The position numbers were made by a program, and so were the translations under genes. A stretch of DNA of 64,000 nt from Nitrospirales bacterium. Its GTDB lineage: Bacteria > Nitrospirota > Nitrospiria > Nitrospirales > UBA8639. The stretch is taken from assembly GCA_963555755.3 (NCBI GenBank), contig OY820905.2, forward strand, positions 4,064,001 through 4,128,000, written 5' to 3'. The notes under the pieces are model-generated. The model was not told where the DNA came from. It saw nothing but the letters and a program-made list of their open reading frames with translations, and made no database searches. Each line of letters begins with the position of its first letter. Positions within the stretch are counted from its first letter, which is position 1. Shown here piece after piece: positions 9,743 through 20,281 of the stretch.

Positions 9743-9916
9743 GTGGTGTTCCTTTCGAAGGTACTCCAGGGAACAATTGGTCTTGAAAGAGTGGCAAAAC
9801 CATGTGTTTTCTTGATGCACCCTAACAAATCGGGATAGAGGGCTCCAACCCCCGTGTGGGGAAGTTTGTAGACGGGCTTCTCCATTTCTCCTCACATGTG
9901 CAGTGACGAAAAAGTA

Positions 9917-9943
9917 TCAAGAATTGCCAAGAAACACCGATAA
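9917..9943 (+). promoter_or_regulatory. Possible sigma-28 promoter
   Basis: TCAA-N15-ACCGATAA. Confidence 0.4.
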
Positions 9944-9986
9944 AGTCTAATAAGTCCTCAGAACGGGGCAGAACCCGCAGGAATGA

Positions 9987-12695
9987 GTGAATGTGGCGCC
10001 ATATAGTGAAGGCCAAACTCAGTCATTTTCGGAATCAGATGCTTGCGAATTCCATGAAAGGATCAACCGTGGCATGAGTGCAATTGTGGAATCGCTAAAT
10101 CGTATTCAGGCAACGAGAACGGCGGAAACGCTCAGTGACGAGACCCCCTCGGCCTTAGCAGAACCGGTGAGGGAAACAGCCGTGGACTCGTCTGAAACGT
10201 GCTCATCGGATTTGCGTGATTTCTTTAAGCCTCAGGTTCCCGAAGCCTCACCAAACGAGAATCCTATCTCATCAGTTTATCCCGCCGCCACTGAGCAGGA
10301 TTTGGCTGTATTAACCATGGAGCAGTGGTTGAGTATACTTCAGCAGGAATATGTGGGTTCGTATCTCAGGGATGGAGGAAGTTCGATCAAATTCGCGATT
10401 TGTGCTGGTGAAGATTTACATCTTTCGCTTCAGTCTGAGTTGAAAGCGATGGCCAAAGCCGAGGGACTGGTGTTTGTTCGTATCGATGCCCGATACACCA
10501 AGATTCATATGATGGATCGGTTGTTTTTCAAAGTGGCAAAACAGATCGATTGGGATGAACTCGCCTATAATTTTCTCGTCGCGCTCATACGCGACAAAGG
10601 GTATCAGGTTCCAGCCCAATGGGAAGATTTCAGTCTGCAATACCTCGCACAGCTCAATGACCGAAAGGAAGCGCTTCTGTGGAAAGATGTGCAAACGTGG
10701 GTGGAGCAGGCCATTGAAGGCGACCTGAACCTCTGTCAGGAATTCCGGATGGCCATGGTGTGTGTGTGCATGGCCCAGTTACAAGTCAGTGACGCGGCTC
10801 TCAATGTGGCACAATCCGTCAAAGACTGGCTGCGGGGTGAACTCAGGTTGATCTCCAGCGTGAAACCTGCGCTGATCTTTCAAAAGATTTCTCGGCATAA
10901 TGGTCGGCACATGTTCACGTCATTGACGCAATGGTTACGGCGAGCGAAGAAACCGGGGCTGGGGATCACGATAGACATTTCACGATACCTGGAGGCGAAG
11001 AAACCGAGTGAACCGGACACCACCTTCTATTACAGCTCTTCCGCGGTTCTTGATCTCTATGACACGCTACGCCAATTCATTGATGGCATGGATGATCATG
11101 CCGGGTGCTTGATAGTCGTTCTGGCCCCTCAAGAGTTTTTGAGTGATCGTCGCCGCGGCCTTGATCGATGTGAAGCGTTGAAACTGCGGATTTGGGATGA
11201 TGTGCGTGATACATATCAACAGAACCCTCTCGCCCCAATGGTGCGGCTTGCTGCATCGACTCCAGAGTCAATGTCCCATGCAGTAGGAAATGGCGCGATG
11301 CCACTTCACCAAGGTCGGGCCTCCCTCCGTGACCGGCGGGTGATTGAAGGATTGCGGTCTGGTGTGCCGAATCGAGATGTCATCCAGGCCTTGGGGTGTT
11401 ACCAACCGGAAGTGGAGGGCCGGTTCCAACACATGTTGACTGCGATGGATCAACATGCCGCCGAAGGTCGATCGACGCGAGGCATGATCGTGGAAGGGGG
11501 GTTCGGTACCGGGAAGTCACATGTGTTGGCGTATTTACAACATCTGGCATTGCAGCAGCAGTATATTTGCAGCCAAGTCATTATTAGTAAAGAAACCCCG
11601 CTGTACCATCCATTGAAAGTGTTCCTTTCTGCGATGGAGAATGCTGTGATGCCGGGTCATGCAGGCCAGGTGCTGGTAGACATAGCCAATCGCCTCGATG
11701 TCTGGAGTCCCGCCTACAAGGAATTATCCGACTGGGTGCATGACTATCGAAATGGAATGGATCAGCGGTTTGCCGCGACCATGTTTTTATTCCACCGGAT
11801 GTACAGCGAGCCCGAGCTTCGCCATCGCGTGATTCGGTTTTGGAGTGGCGACTCGTTGGCCATGAATGAAATTCGAACCAATTTGCGCCAATGCGGGGCG
11901 TATCAACAGTATTCCTTCGCCAGGATTCGTGAGGTCGATTTGGCCGTTCAACGGTTCCACTTTGCCGCCAAGCTGATGCGTGTGGCTGGGTATCGGGGTT
12001 GGGTGTTGTTTCTCGATGAGGCCGAACTCATTGGTCGATATTCCTTTGGCCAACGAATCAAATCGTATGCGGAATTAGGACGGGTCTTGGGTGTGTCCAC
12101 AGATGGCGGCATCCCAGGGCTCACTTCAGTGGTGGCGTTAACGGATGATTTTCAATCCGAGATCCTTGAAGCCAAAGGTGATCGGAGTCGGGTGCTTGAT
12201 GCCCTCGGCAAGGTCGGCACGAATGCCATACTTGAAAAACAGGCTGAAGAAGGGGTGCGGTTTATCCAATGGGATTCGACCTTGCTACGAGAGTTAACGG
12301 AAGTTCGTGTGGAGGAAGCCTATCATAAAATTCGACAGCTTCATCGCGCAGTGTACTGCGATAACCAGGAGTCCTTGGCTCAGGCCTATGACCTGCCGCC
12401 CATCGCCTTTACAGGCAAGCGAATGCGAGAATGGGTCAAGAGTTGGGTGACGGAGTGGGATCTGAAGCGGCTCCTGTCTCGGGATCATGTCGAAATCGAA
12501 ATCCGTTCGATCACACACGAGTACCAGGAAGATACAACCTTGGAAGCCTCGGCTGCAGAAGACATGGATCAGCCCTCAGTCGTTGAGTCAGAATTGCTAA
12601 AAACCTCTGAGGCTCTGGTTAAGCCCTCAACTATTTCGGTGAAGCGCAATCCCTTTGCCTCTTACCGTTCGGCATCACCTGAAGAAATTACCTGA
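9987..12695 (+). CDS. Tandem DUF2791-type (BrxD/SngB-like) P-loop ATPase
   Basis: Second domain has IEGLRSGVP, Walker A GGFGTGKSH and Walker B LFLDEAE. First domain is a degenerate copy lacking Walker A. Start uncertain. Confidence 0.8.
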   Translation: MNVAPYSEGQTQSFSESDACEFHERINRGMSAIVESLNRIQATRTAETLSDETPSALAEPVRETAVDSSETCSSDLRDFFKPQVPEASPNENPISSVYPAATEQDLAVLTMEQWLSILQQEYVGSYLRDGGSSIKFAICAGEDLHLSLQSELKAMAKAEGLVFVRIDARYTKIHMMDRLFFKVAKQIDWDELAYNFLVALIRDKGYQVPAQWEDFSLQYLAQLNDRKEALLWKDVQTWVEQAIEGDLNLCQEFRMAMVCVCMAQLQVSDAALNVAQSVKDWLRGELRLISSVKPALIFQKISRHNGRHMFTSLTQWLRRAKKPGLGITIDISRYLEAKKPSEPDTTFYYSSSAVLDLYDTLRQFIDGMDDHAGCLIVVLAPQEFLSDRRRGLDRCEALKLRIWDDVRDTYQQNPLAPMVRLAASTPESMSHAVGNGAMPLHQGRASLRDRRVIEGLRSGVPNRDVIQALGCYQPEVEGRFQHMLTAMDQHAAEGRSTRGMIVEGGFGTGKSHVLAYLQHLALQQQYICSQVIISKETPLYHPLKVFLSAMENAVMPGHAGQVLVDIANRLDVWSPAYKELSDWVHDYRNGMDQRFAATMFLFHRMYSEPELRHRVIRFWSGDSLAMNEIRTNLRQCGAYQQYSFARIREVDLAVQRFHFAAKLMRVAGYRGWVLFLDEAELIGRYSFGQRIKSYAELGRVLGVSTDGGIPGLTSVVALTDDFQSEILEAKGDRSRVLDALGKVGTNAILEKQAEEGVRFIQWDSTLLRELTEVRVEEAYHKIRQLHRAVYCDNQESLAQAYDLPPIAFTGKRMREWVKSWVTEWDLKRLLSRDHVEIEIRSITHEYQEDTTLEASAAEDMDQPSVVESELLKTSEALVKPSTISVKRNPFASYRSASPEEIT

Positions 12696-12878
12696 CAGGT
12701 TCTTTCGCGGCGACCTCATGGTTCGTGCCTCCTTCCTGTGTGTGAGGGGTTCCTCCGCGCCATCATTTTTCGAGCGATCACTGTCCTGTTTCATACATGG
12801 CTTATACGTTCGTTCGTGGTGAGCATGTCGAACCATGAATAGATCCTATCGGAATATCTCACCCTATGATTCAAAACA

Positions 12879-14345
12879 TCACTTTCTTGGTGTCCATTCT
12901 GGGGGAACATCAAAGGGAATTTCATGGGGGTTATGCCGGTTCTGTAATGGCGATAAAAAGGAATTATTAGGTTTCCATTCGCGCGAGAGTTTTTGGGCTT
13001 CGGCGATTTGCTCAGGGGTCATATCCTTTGCGACCTTGCCTCGATTTTTGATAGCACTTTTTTGGTCTTCACCTTCGGATCTCGAGGCCGCGAGATCATA
13101 CCACAAATAAGCCTGAACAAAATCCTGCTTGACCCATTGGCCAGCGTGATACCACCCACCTATGAGAAATTGTGCTTTGGCGTCACCTTGCTCAGCGGAC
13201 AAGCGGAACCATTTCACCAACCTCGCATCCACTGGTAATTCAGCCTCAACCTTATCCGCTAATTTGTTAGCCTGCTCCACAATTTTGCGGGTTTGCTGCG
13301 CCTCCTTGATGCTTTCCTGCACCGCTTCCGCATCATTCTGCGTAACTCCATCACCCTCGACGTCCATTCCATCAGCCTTTAGCTGTGCCTTAGCCTCATT
13401 CTGCTCCACAGCTTCCATAAGTCTTTCCTTCAACTCTTGGGCATTTCTTTGGATGTAACTCAGAAGATATCGTGCGTCTGCATGGCCCTGCTCGGCGGCC
13501 ATGCGGAACCACTTTTCCGCCTCCGCATAATCTTGCGTTACTCCATCGCCCTTGACGTACACGACTCCGAGTTGCACTTGCGCTTCAGTGTCACCCTGCT
13601 CAGCCGCCATACGGAGCCATTTCACTCCTTTGGCAAAATCCTGCATCCCAAACCGCCCAGATAAGTACATGCCCCCGAGTTTTAGTTGCGCTTCAGCGTC
13701 ACCCTGCTCTGCAGCTTTGCGGAACCACTTTGCCATCTTCGCAAAATCCTGCTTTACTCCTTCGCCCTTGCCGTACATGACCCCGAGATTTATTTGTGCC
13801 TTGGGGTCACTCTGCTCCGCAGCTTTGCGGAACCACTTTTCCGCCTCCGCATAATCTTGCACCACCAACTGCCCTGAAAGGTACATGACCCCGATGGTGT
13901 ATTGAGCTGTAGCATAGCCCTGCTCCGCAGCCTTGCCGATCCATTTCACTGCTTCTATATTATCCTGGGGAATTCCCTGGCCCTCGCGGTACATTAAACC
14001 GAGCATCATTTGTCCTTGAGGATCACCTTGCTCCGCGGCCTTGCGGAACCACCTTTCCGCAACCGCATGATCCTGCGCTACTCCCTCGCCATTGTAGTAC
14101 ATGCGCCCTAGTACGCCTTGAGCGTTAGCGTCACCTTGTTCTGCCATGGATAAAAATTTTTGGAGTGCCTTCTCGTAGTCATCTTTTTCTAATGCATTGA
14201 CTCCTACTTCAAACCGATCTGAATCAGCGGTAAATGCTTGGGGAATCTGGAAAAACCAGGTAAGCAAAATGATAAAAATACAGGTCTTTAATATTTTTGA
14301 GTTTTTAACAACCATAAGGAAAAGAAAGGAATAGAATAGAAGCAT
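12879..14345 (-). CDS. Sel1-repeat exported protein
   Basis: N-terminal hydrophobic segment; repeated AQxxLGxMY..G.GV.QD..A.KWFRKAAEQG. Confidence 0.92.
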   Translation of the reverse strand: MLLFYSFLFLMVVKNSKILKTCIFIILLTWFFQIPQAFTADSDRFEVGVNALEKDDYEKALQKFLSMAEQGDANAQGVLGRMYYNGEGVAQDHAVAERWFRKAAEQGDPQGQMMLGLMYREGQGIPQDNIEAVKWIGKAAEQGYATAQYTIGVMYLSGQLVVQDYAEAEKWFRKAAEQSDPKAQINLGVMYGKGEGVKQDFAKMAKWFRKAAEQGDAEAQLKLGGMYLSGRFGMQDFAKGVKWLRMAAEQGDTEAQVQLGVVYVKGDGVTQDYAEAEKWFRMAAEQGHADARYLLSYIQRNAQELKERLMEAVEQNEAKAQLKADGMDVEGDGVTQNDAEAVQESIKEAQQTRKIVEQANKLADKVEAELPVDARLVKWFRLSAEQGDAKAQFLIGGWYHAGQWVKQDFVQAYLWYDLAASRSEGEDQKSAIKNRGKVAKDMTPEQIAEAQKLSREWKPNNSFLSPLQNRHNPHEIPFDVPPEWTPRK

Positions 14346-14392
14346 TCCCGCAACTCATTGGGTTTTATTGTCCATAGTTAACCCTCACAGAT

Positions 14393-16189
14393 TCACATCC
14401 GCTCCAGTTCCACCCTAGCCGCGGTGTATTCCGTGGAACTGGTCACTCCGGTCTCGACGGATTGCTGAAACATCTCGCGTGCCTTGTCCTTCTCTCCGCG
14501 CAGAAGATGGTATTGGCCGATATAAAAATACGCTTCGCATTTTCGCTCGTTTTCGATTTTTTTGTCGGGGTCGACAATCTCTTTAAAAACCCGGCTGGCA
14601 GTGAGGTTCCCAAGGAACATGGAGACCACAGGGCCTGGCCACGTTTGCAGGTCCACGACCCTGGATTGAAATTTGAGTACGGGTATTCCGTTCTTTTTCT
14701 CTCCCATGCGGGCGAGATAAAGCCAGATCATGGATTGGATGTCCTTAAGATCAATGACTGCCGCATGTTCAAAATCCATCGCGGCCTTGCTGAACCGGTT
14801 GAGGAAATACTGGGACCATCCACGGTATTTATATCCGCTGGCGCGATTCGGTTTCAGTCTAATTGCCGAATCGAAATCGGCAAGCGCTTTTTCGTATTGG
14901 CCCGCTTGTGTAAGGGCATTACCCCTGTTGTTGTACGGGTCCGAATATTTCGGATTCAGTTCGAGGGCTCGATTAAATTCTGCGATCGCTTTATCGTTCT
15001 GGCCTTTTTCAAAATACACAAGGCCGCGGTGATTATAGCTAAAGGCTAAATCCGGCTGAATGTTGATGGCGCGGTTGTAATCGGCAAGCGCTTTATCGTA
15101 TTTGCCATTCTTAAAGTACGCGACGCCCCGGCTGACATAGGCAAGCGCAAAATCAGGATTCAATTTGAGCGCCCAGTCAAAATCCGCAATGGCTTCATCA
15201 AATGCGGCCTTGTCGGTGAAGGCCTCGCCCCGCCCCTTATAATAATATGGCTGCTCTGGATCCAGTTGCAGGGCGCGGTTGAGATCAGCCAACCCCTGGT
15301 TGAACTCGCCTTTTTGAGAATAAGCGGTGCCGCGACCATAATAGCCATAGGCCTCAAGTGGATTCATCGTGATGACTCGATTATAATCTTCAATGGCCTT
15401 GTCAAACTGATCATTGCTCTGGTAAATGCCTGCGCGATTAAGATAGGAAAAGGCATGGTCCGGCTTTAGTTTAATGGCCTGGCTGTAATCTGAAATTGCC
15501 AGATCTAATTGTCCCTTCCTGTGAAGGGCTACGCCGCGATTGCTGTATGCGGAGGCATGGTCGGGTTGCAGGTCGATGGTTCGCGTGTGATCGGCGATAG
15601 CCTTGTCGAACTCGCCTGTCTGAATGTATGCAACGCCGCGGTTGTAGTAGGCAGCGACATAATCAGCTTTCAGTCTTATGGCACGGGAGTAATCCGCAAT
15701 GGCCTGGGCGGGTTGGCCTTTATTAATGTACGCAACGCCCCGATTATAATGAGCCAGCGCAAAATCCGGTTGCAGTTCGATGGCTCGAGTGTAGTCGGCG
15801 ATAGCTTCATCGTACTGGCCATTGGCCTGATAGGCGTTGCCACGGTCGTTATATGCGGCAACATTGTCAGGTGTCAGTTCAATTGCGCGGGAATAATCCG
15901 TAATGGCTCTTTCATATTGGCCAATGGATTCGAAGGCAATCGCGCGGTTGCTAAAAGTCTTTGCCTGTGTTCCTTTCGGCAGATCCGGAATCTCCAGAAT
16001 ATTCGTGTATAAATCAAGAGCGTGTCTATAATTCCCATTTAATAGAGCCGTCTCTGCGGATTTTATATTTTCCTCATACCCGGCCCAGACAATGGTCGCA
16101 AAGGCCAGTATTGCCAGCCCGGCGACTCCTGTTAGATGTAATAAAATATTTTTCAATTTAACCTCACCGTGTAGGCGCTGATGAAGCAA
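14393..16189 (-). CDS. TPR-repeat protein with NlpI-like C-terminus
   Basis: Many AYxNRG..AIADY.RAI.L.P repeats; C-terminal CEAYFYIG. Confidence 0.92.
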   Translation of the reverse strand: MLHQRLHGEVKLKNILLHLTGVAGLAILAFATIVWAGYEENIKSAETALLNGNYRHALDLYTNILEIPDLPKGTQAKTFSNRAIAFESIGQYERAITDYSRAIELTPDNVAAYNDRGNAYQANGQYDEAIADYTRAIELQPDFALAHYNRGVAYINKGQPAQAIADYSRAIRLKADYVAAYYNRGVAYIQTGEFDKAIADHTRTIDLQPDHASAYSNRGVALHRKGQLDLAISDYSQAIKLKPDHAFSYLNRAGIYQSNDQFDKAIEDYNRVITMNPLEAYGYYGRGTAYSQKGEFNQGLADLNRALQLDPEQPYYYKGRGEAFTDKAAFDEAIADFDWALKLNPDFALAYVSRGVAYFKNGKYDKALADYNRAINIQPDLAFSYNHRGLVYFEKGQNDKAIAEFNRALELNPKYSDPYNNRGNALTQAGQYEKALADFDSAIRLKPNRASGYKYRGWSQYFLNRFSKAAMDFEHAAVIDLKDIQSMIWLYLARMGEKKNGIPVLKFQSRVVDLQTWPGPVVSMFLGNLTASRVFKEIVDPDKKIENERKCEAYFYIGQYHLLRGEKDKAREMFQQSVETGVTSSTEYTAARVELERM

Positions 16190-16240
16190 TTAATCAAAGG
16201 CCCCGTAGCAAGCTGTCGTGGTATCCGAAAAGGATGTATA

Positions 16241-16381
16241 GGGCACCTCTAAAAACCGTCCTTTTCCGTGATGGCGGCGTCAGCCGCGTGCTCAAATCCT
16301 CATGTATTCGCCCATACACTCCGGTTTTCCGCGCGCGGCTTCCTTGCCCTCACAAAAAATGCCTGGTTTTTAGAGGTGCCC
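16241..16381 (+). mobile_element. MITE family B (141 bp), TSD TATA
   Basis: TIR GGGCACCTCTAAAAACC; 4-bp flanking duplication. Confidence 0.92.
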
Positions 16382-16654
16382 TATATGTAAATGCCACAGC
16401 AAGCCACGGGGAATTTAACCCATTTGTGGGATTAATCTGGAATTTTTTATGGACATTAGTAATCGCCAATATTCACCCTGATTGGGTAAACCATATTGTG
16501 AGATCAAAATTTCTTTTTGAATTTAGCTCCTATTATAACATTCATTCAGCCTGCTTTGGTATCACCCCTTCCGTTGCACTAGCGAGTTGAATCTAAGCAT
16601 TATTTTTATCTGAAGGTTATTCATGTGAAGGCCTGTAAAAGGTATTGTATTGTT

Positions 16655-16806
16655 CTTCGAGAGTGACGAGGTCTTTGGGGTCGAGAGGGAAGGCCATGAT
16701 GGCGGAAGGAAACTGTATTTTGGTATGATTGCAAAACAAAGGAAAAGCCCCACCGTCGTAACGATGAGGTTCTCACATGTAATGCTTGTATCGACAACTC
16801 GTTTAC
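16655..16806 (-). repeat. Hairpin plus small-gene start remnant (MAFPLDPKDLVTLEE)
   Basis: Reverse complement matches 31141..31260 and the PEP-CTERM 3' flank near 34707. Confidence 0.65.
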
Positions 16807-16923
16807 GCCAACACACAGAGCCAAAACACCACCGTAGTTTCTTAAACCCTGTGTCCAAATTGTTCTGACGACATACAGCATCGAAATTTTTTTGAAAAAA
16901 CAGGCGAATAATAAAGGTGTAGT

Positions 16924-18981
16924 ATGAAAATTTTTTACACTCTCTCGCTTGTACTTCTATTGTATGTAACCAACTCGCCAGCTCTGGCGGTACATGAATG
17001 CGGTGAACTTATGGGGAGCTGCCTCCCTCAGATGGTATTGTCCTCTGAGCCACAACCTCTGGTAATGGTCGAGGCTGCGCCTGAACCCGCAGAGCCAGTG
17101 AACCCCTGGAATCCGCCGCCGGATGAATACGATCCTACCGAACAGGATGAATTAAATTATTCCGAAGCTCCGTTTAACCCGATTGATAAAGCGCTTGAAG
17201 AGGCTGATGCCGCTCAATTCTCAGGGAGGTATGCCGACGCATTGGAAATACTGACACCGCTGGCGGAGCAGGGAAATCCCATTGCTCAAGAGAACCTGGC
17301 GCGCATGTATCTCAACGGTCGCGGTGTTCCACAAAACGACAGTGAAGCGGCTCGGTGGATGCGGAAGGCTGCCGATCAAGGCTTCGCACAAGCCCAATAC
17401 CTCCTCGGGGCCCTGTATGACGACGGCCGGGGCGTGCCGCAAAGCAAATCCGAATCGCTCAAATGGATGAGACGGGCTGCGGAACAAGACCATCCGGCGG
17501 CGCAATATGACCTTGCCGTCTCATACTCTCTGGGCAAGGGCCTTCCGGTGGATTGGGAGCGTGCCGCCCATTGGTTGCGCAAGGCGGCCGAGCGCGGCCA
17601 CGGCCCGGCCCAATATTATATCGGCATCTTCTACCAAGACGGAAAAGGTGTTGAGAAAGATCTGGTCGAGGCCATCAAATGGTTTCGGGTCGCCGCCGAG
17701 AAAGGTCTTGCCCCCGCACAATTGCAACTTGGCTTAGCGCTACGCGAGCGGGCAAATTTCGCCCAGTCCGTGAAGCGAATGCTTGGGCTCAATGCCTCCC
17801 AATATAACTTAAGGGCCCTTGGATCACTTGCTCCTCCAAACGAGGCGGCGGCGGCTACCATTGAAGCCATGATCTGGCTCAAAGTAGCGGCACGTGCCGG
17901 CGAGGCTAGGGCCTATTGGGCGCTCGGTACCATTTATGGCGATTCTCCTGATGTCGCGATGGATTTCACGGAAGCGTATGTCTGGCTCACCCGCGCATGG
18001 GAGGTTTCAAAGGATTCCACGAACCGCGGCAATATCGAAGGCTTGTTGAAGTTAATCCTTGACCATCGGATGAAGCCGTGGCACATCGCCATGGCGGAGT
18101 CGCAGGCAAGACAGCTTGGGGTCAAGGCGCTTTACCCGCAAACTCAGGTCAACGTTGTGATCGACAGGACTCATCCTGATCCCGATCAACTATTCTCTTT
18201 GCGAATTGCCGATAGCCCTGGAACGACGTACCGTGTTTGGGGAACGTCAGACCTGTTCGCTGTATTGAAGGAGACCAAGCCCGATGCGTTCATGCAGGGC
18301 GGAAGCGGTGTCATGTTCGAGATTGAGACCGAGGAGCCGCTGCCAAACGGCAATGTCAAACGCATCCAACAAGTGGTGGAGTGGCGTTGTGCCTCCGGGG
18401 TTGTCGCGCTGGGGCACGGGTTTGTCAGTAATGATTGCGATCAGGCCGGCCCCGGCAACAAGACCGACTGGTCGGGGGCCAGCCTCAATTTGGAATTGAC
18501 ACCCTTCGGGGAACTGGTTGACCTGTCTGCGGAGACCGGTAATTTGGCCGTCGAAGATTTAGTGGAGCAAAATTTCGAAGAATTGGTCGGCCGAGGAATT
18601 TCTTCGCCGTTCCTACCCAAGACAGCTATTTCCGTGGGTGAACGATGGGACGGTGGATCCGGATTCATTGATCTTGCGGGTTTTGGCAGGCTCACCTTTT
18701 CGCGCCAGCTTGAACTGACGCGGATATTGGAAGCAAGCGATGAGCAGTATGCTGAGATCACGTTGCGCGGCACTGAGGTCACTCTTGAATCTAAAGAAGA
18801 CCGTTCAGCTGAACTTCGGCTGAACCGCAGCGACGTCGTTGGTACGATTATTTTCTCTTTCACCAACCAACGAGTGGTCGCCCAGACCTTCCATTATCAA
18901 GCGGACTTTGACGGACAGGATCCCAAAAAAGGCGATGAGAAGATCAATCTTTCGATTCAATTTCGGGCAGCTGAAGAATAA
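16924..18981 (+). CDS. Sel1-repeat exported protein with unassigned C-terminal domain
   Basis: Signal peptide; ~5-6 Sel1 repeats. Confidence 0.88.
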   Translation: MKIFYTLSLVLLLYVTNSPALAVHECGELMGSCLPQMVLSSEPQPLVMVEAAPEPAEPVNPWNPPPDEYDPTEQDELNYSEAPFNPIDKALEEADAAQFSGRYADALEILTPLAEQGNPIAQENLARMYLNGRGVPQNDSEAARWMRKAADQGFAQAQYLLGALYDDGRGVPQSKSESLKWMRRAAEQDHPAAQYDLAVSYSLGKGLPVDWERAAHWLRKAAERGHGPAQYYIGIFYQDGKGVEKDLVEAIKWFRVAAEKGLAPAQLQLGLALRERANFAQSVKRMLGLNASQYNLRALGSLAPPNEAAAATIEAMIWLKVAARAGEARAYWALGTIYGDSPDVAMDFTEAYVWLTRAWEVSKDSTNRGNIEGLLKLILDHRMKPWHIAMAESQARQLGVKALYPQTQVNVVIDRTHPDPDQLFSLRIADSPGTTYRVWGTSDLFAVLKETKPDAFMQGGSGVMFEIETEEPLPNGNVKRIQQVVEWRCASGVVALGHGFVSNDCDQAGPGNKTDWSGASLNLELTPFGELVDLSAETGNLAVEDLVEQNFEELVGRGISSPFLPKTAISVGERWDGGSGFIDLAGFGRLTFSRQLELTRILEASDEQYAEITLRGTEVTLESKEDRSAELRLNRSDVVGTIIFSFTNQRVVAQTFHYQADFDGQDPKKGDEKINLSIQFRAAEE

Positions 18982-19062
18982 TCGGTATTACCCAGACAGA
19001 AGACAATTCCCTCTGAGCGATTCAACGGACCAGGGTACCCAATAGGGCAATAGAGTATCGAA

Positions 19063-20247
19063 ATGCAAGGTTGGATCATGCCACGTCATGCGAAGTTCGG
19101 TTTATCTCTCCTGCTGATAGTCGGGATTCTGATAGTTCTGGCCGGAGTCGCTGATGCCAAAAACTGTCCACCCAACTCCGAATCGGTTTCCTCCACGGAG
19201 ACCAGCGGCGGAACACTTGTCACCTGCCGATGTCATGACGGGTTTTGGGAAGTCGAAAAGGCCTGCGTCGCCCGGGACAGCGCCGACCTTCAGGTAGCGG
19301 CAGCAAAGGAATATCAACTTCTGGTGGATTCGATTCAGGGAAAAGCCCTGGACAATAAGGAAGCGATCCAAAACTACGTACTTGCCCAAAAGTGGCCGCC
19401 CCAGATCGCAACGATCGTTGTACTCACCACACTCGAAATGGCCTGGGGGCAATTCGACCGAGCCAGTTGGTATCTCGGCGTTGTTAGCCGCTTCGTTGAG
19501 GATGACGTCCTCAATGCCTATGCCCAGTTGGTTGACGATCGCAGACGCACCTTTGTCATTCGCGATCGCATCGGCCCGTTTGTGCGTGAGCGTGTTGACC
19601 CCAATCTGATCAGCCACCTGAAGGTGGCGGCGCAACGCAAAATTATTCAGGCGTCAATCCGGCGAGGCCAAGGCGACTATGATACCGCCATCACACTTTA
19701 TGAAGAAGCCGTCAAGAACCTTGGTCGATCTGAAGAATTCAAAATTCAGAGCGAAATCAGAGACGCGATAGTTTGGACCAGTCAGCTCAGAGCTGCCAGA
19801 GACGAGCGGATTAACCCTGGCGCCCGCGCCGAATTTTATCGCCAAGCCAGGGAAACAGCAGCTGCCCGACGCGCATGGAGCCTTGCAGGAGCCCTTGCTG
19901 AAGCGGAGCAGAAGAATGCATCGCTTACGATGTATAAAGAGGCTCGTGATTTATTTTCCACGGCTGACACACGGATGGTGCCGGTCATCGAAAAACAAAT
20001 GAAATCGGTTGCCGAGGATCGGTTCGAACACCTTCCCCCTGACCTGGAAGGATTGTTCAAACACCAGTATCGTTGGGTGCCGACTAAGTCGATCCGTGCC
20101 ACGATCGTTCTTGATGCCCTGGAATATGCCAAAGGCGACTGGCAAGGCAGTCTTCAGTATGTCGGCCTGTCCCTCAAGGCCGATCCGGGCAATGCCAATC
20201 TTCGCGAAGCCCGCGCCTATCTCGAGGGCTTAAGCGCGGGACGTTAA
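19063..20247 (+). CDS. Exported protein, Cys-rich N-terminus plus TPR-like helices
   Basis: Signal peptide; CPPNS..CRCHDGF..AC; helical repeats. Confidence 0.7.
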   Translation: MQGWIMPRHAKFGLSLLLIVGILIVLAGVADAKNCPPNSESVSSTETSGGTLVTCRCHDGFWEVEKACVARDSADLQVAAAKEYQLLVDSIQGKALDNKEAIQNYVLAQKWPPQIATIVVLTTLEMAWGQFDRASWYLGVVSRFVEDDVLNAYAQLVDDRRRTFVIRDRIGPFVRERVDPNLISHLKVAAQRKIIQASIRRGQGDYDTAITLYEEAVKNLGRSEEFKIQSEIRDAIVWTSQLRAARDERINPGARAEFYRQARETAAARRAWSLAGALAEAEQKNASLTMYKEARDLFSTADTRMVPVIEKQMKSVAEDRFEHLPPDLEGLFKHQYRWVPTKSIRATIVLDALEYAKGDWQGSLQYVGLSLKADPGNANLREARAYLEGLSAGR

Positions 20248-20281
20248 TCTTCCTGGTGCTGTGCAATGGAGAGGACACCGA

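Noticed and set aside
9987..12695. Complete BREX or Shango system
   Set aside because: No pglX/pglZ, TerB-like or Lhr-type helicase gene is adjacent
12890..12920. IS3-like terminal repeat in the Sel1 gene tail
   Set aside because: Weak resemblance only; no partner end or TSD found
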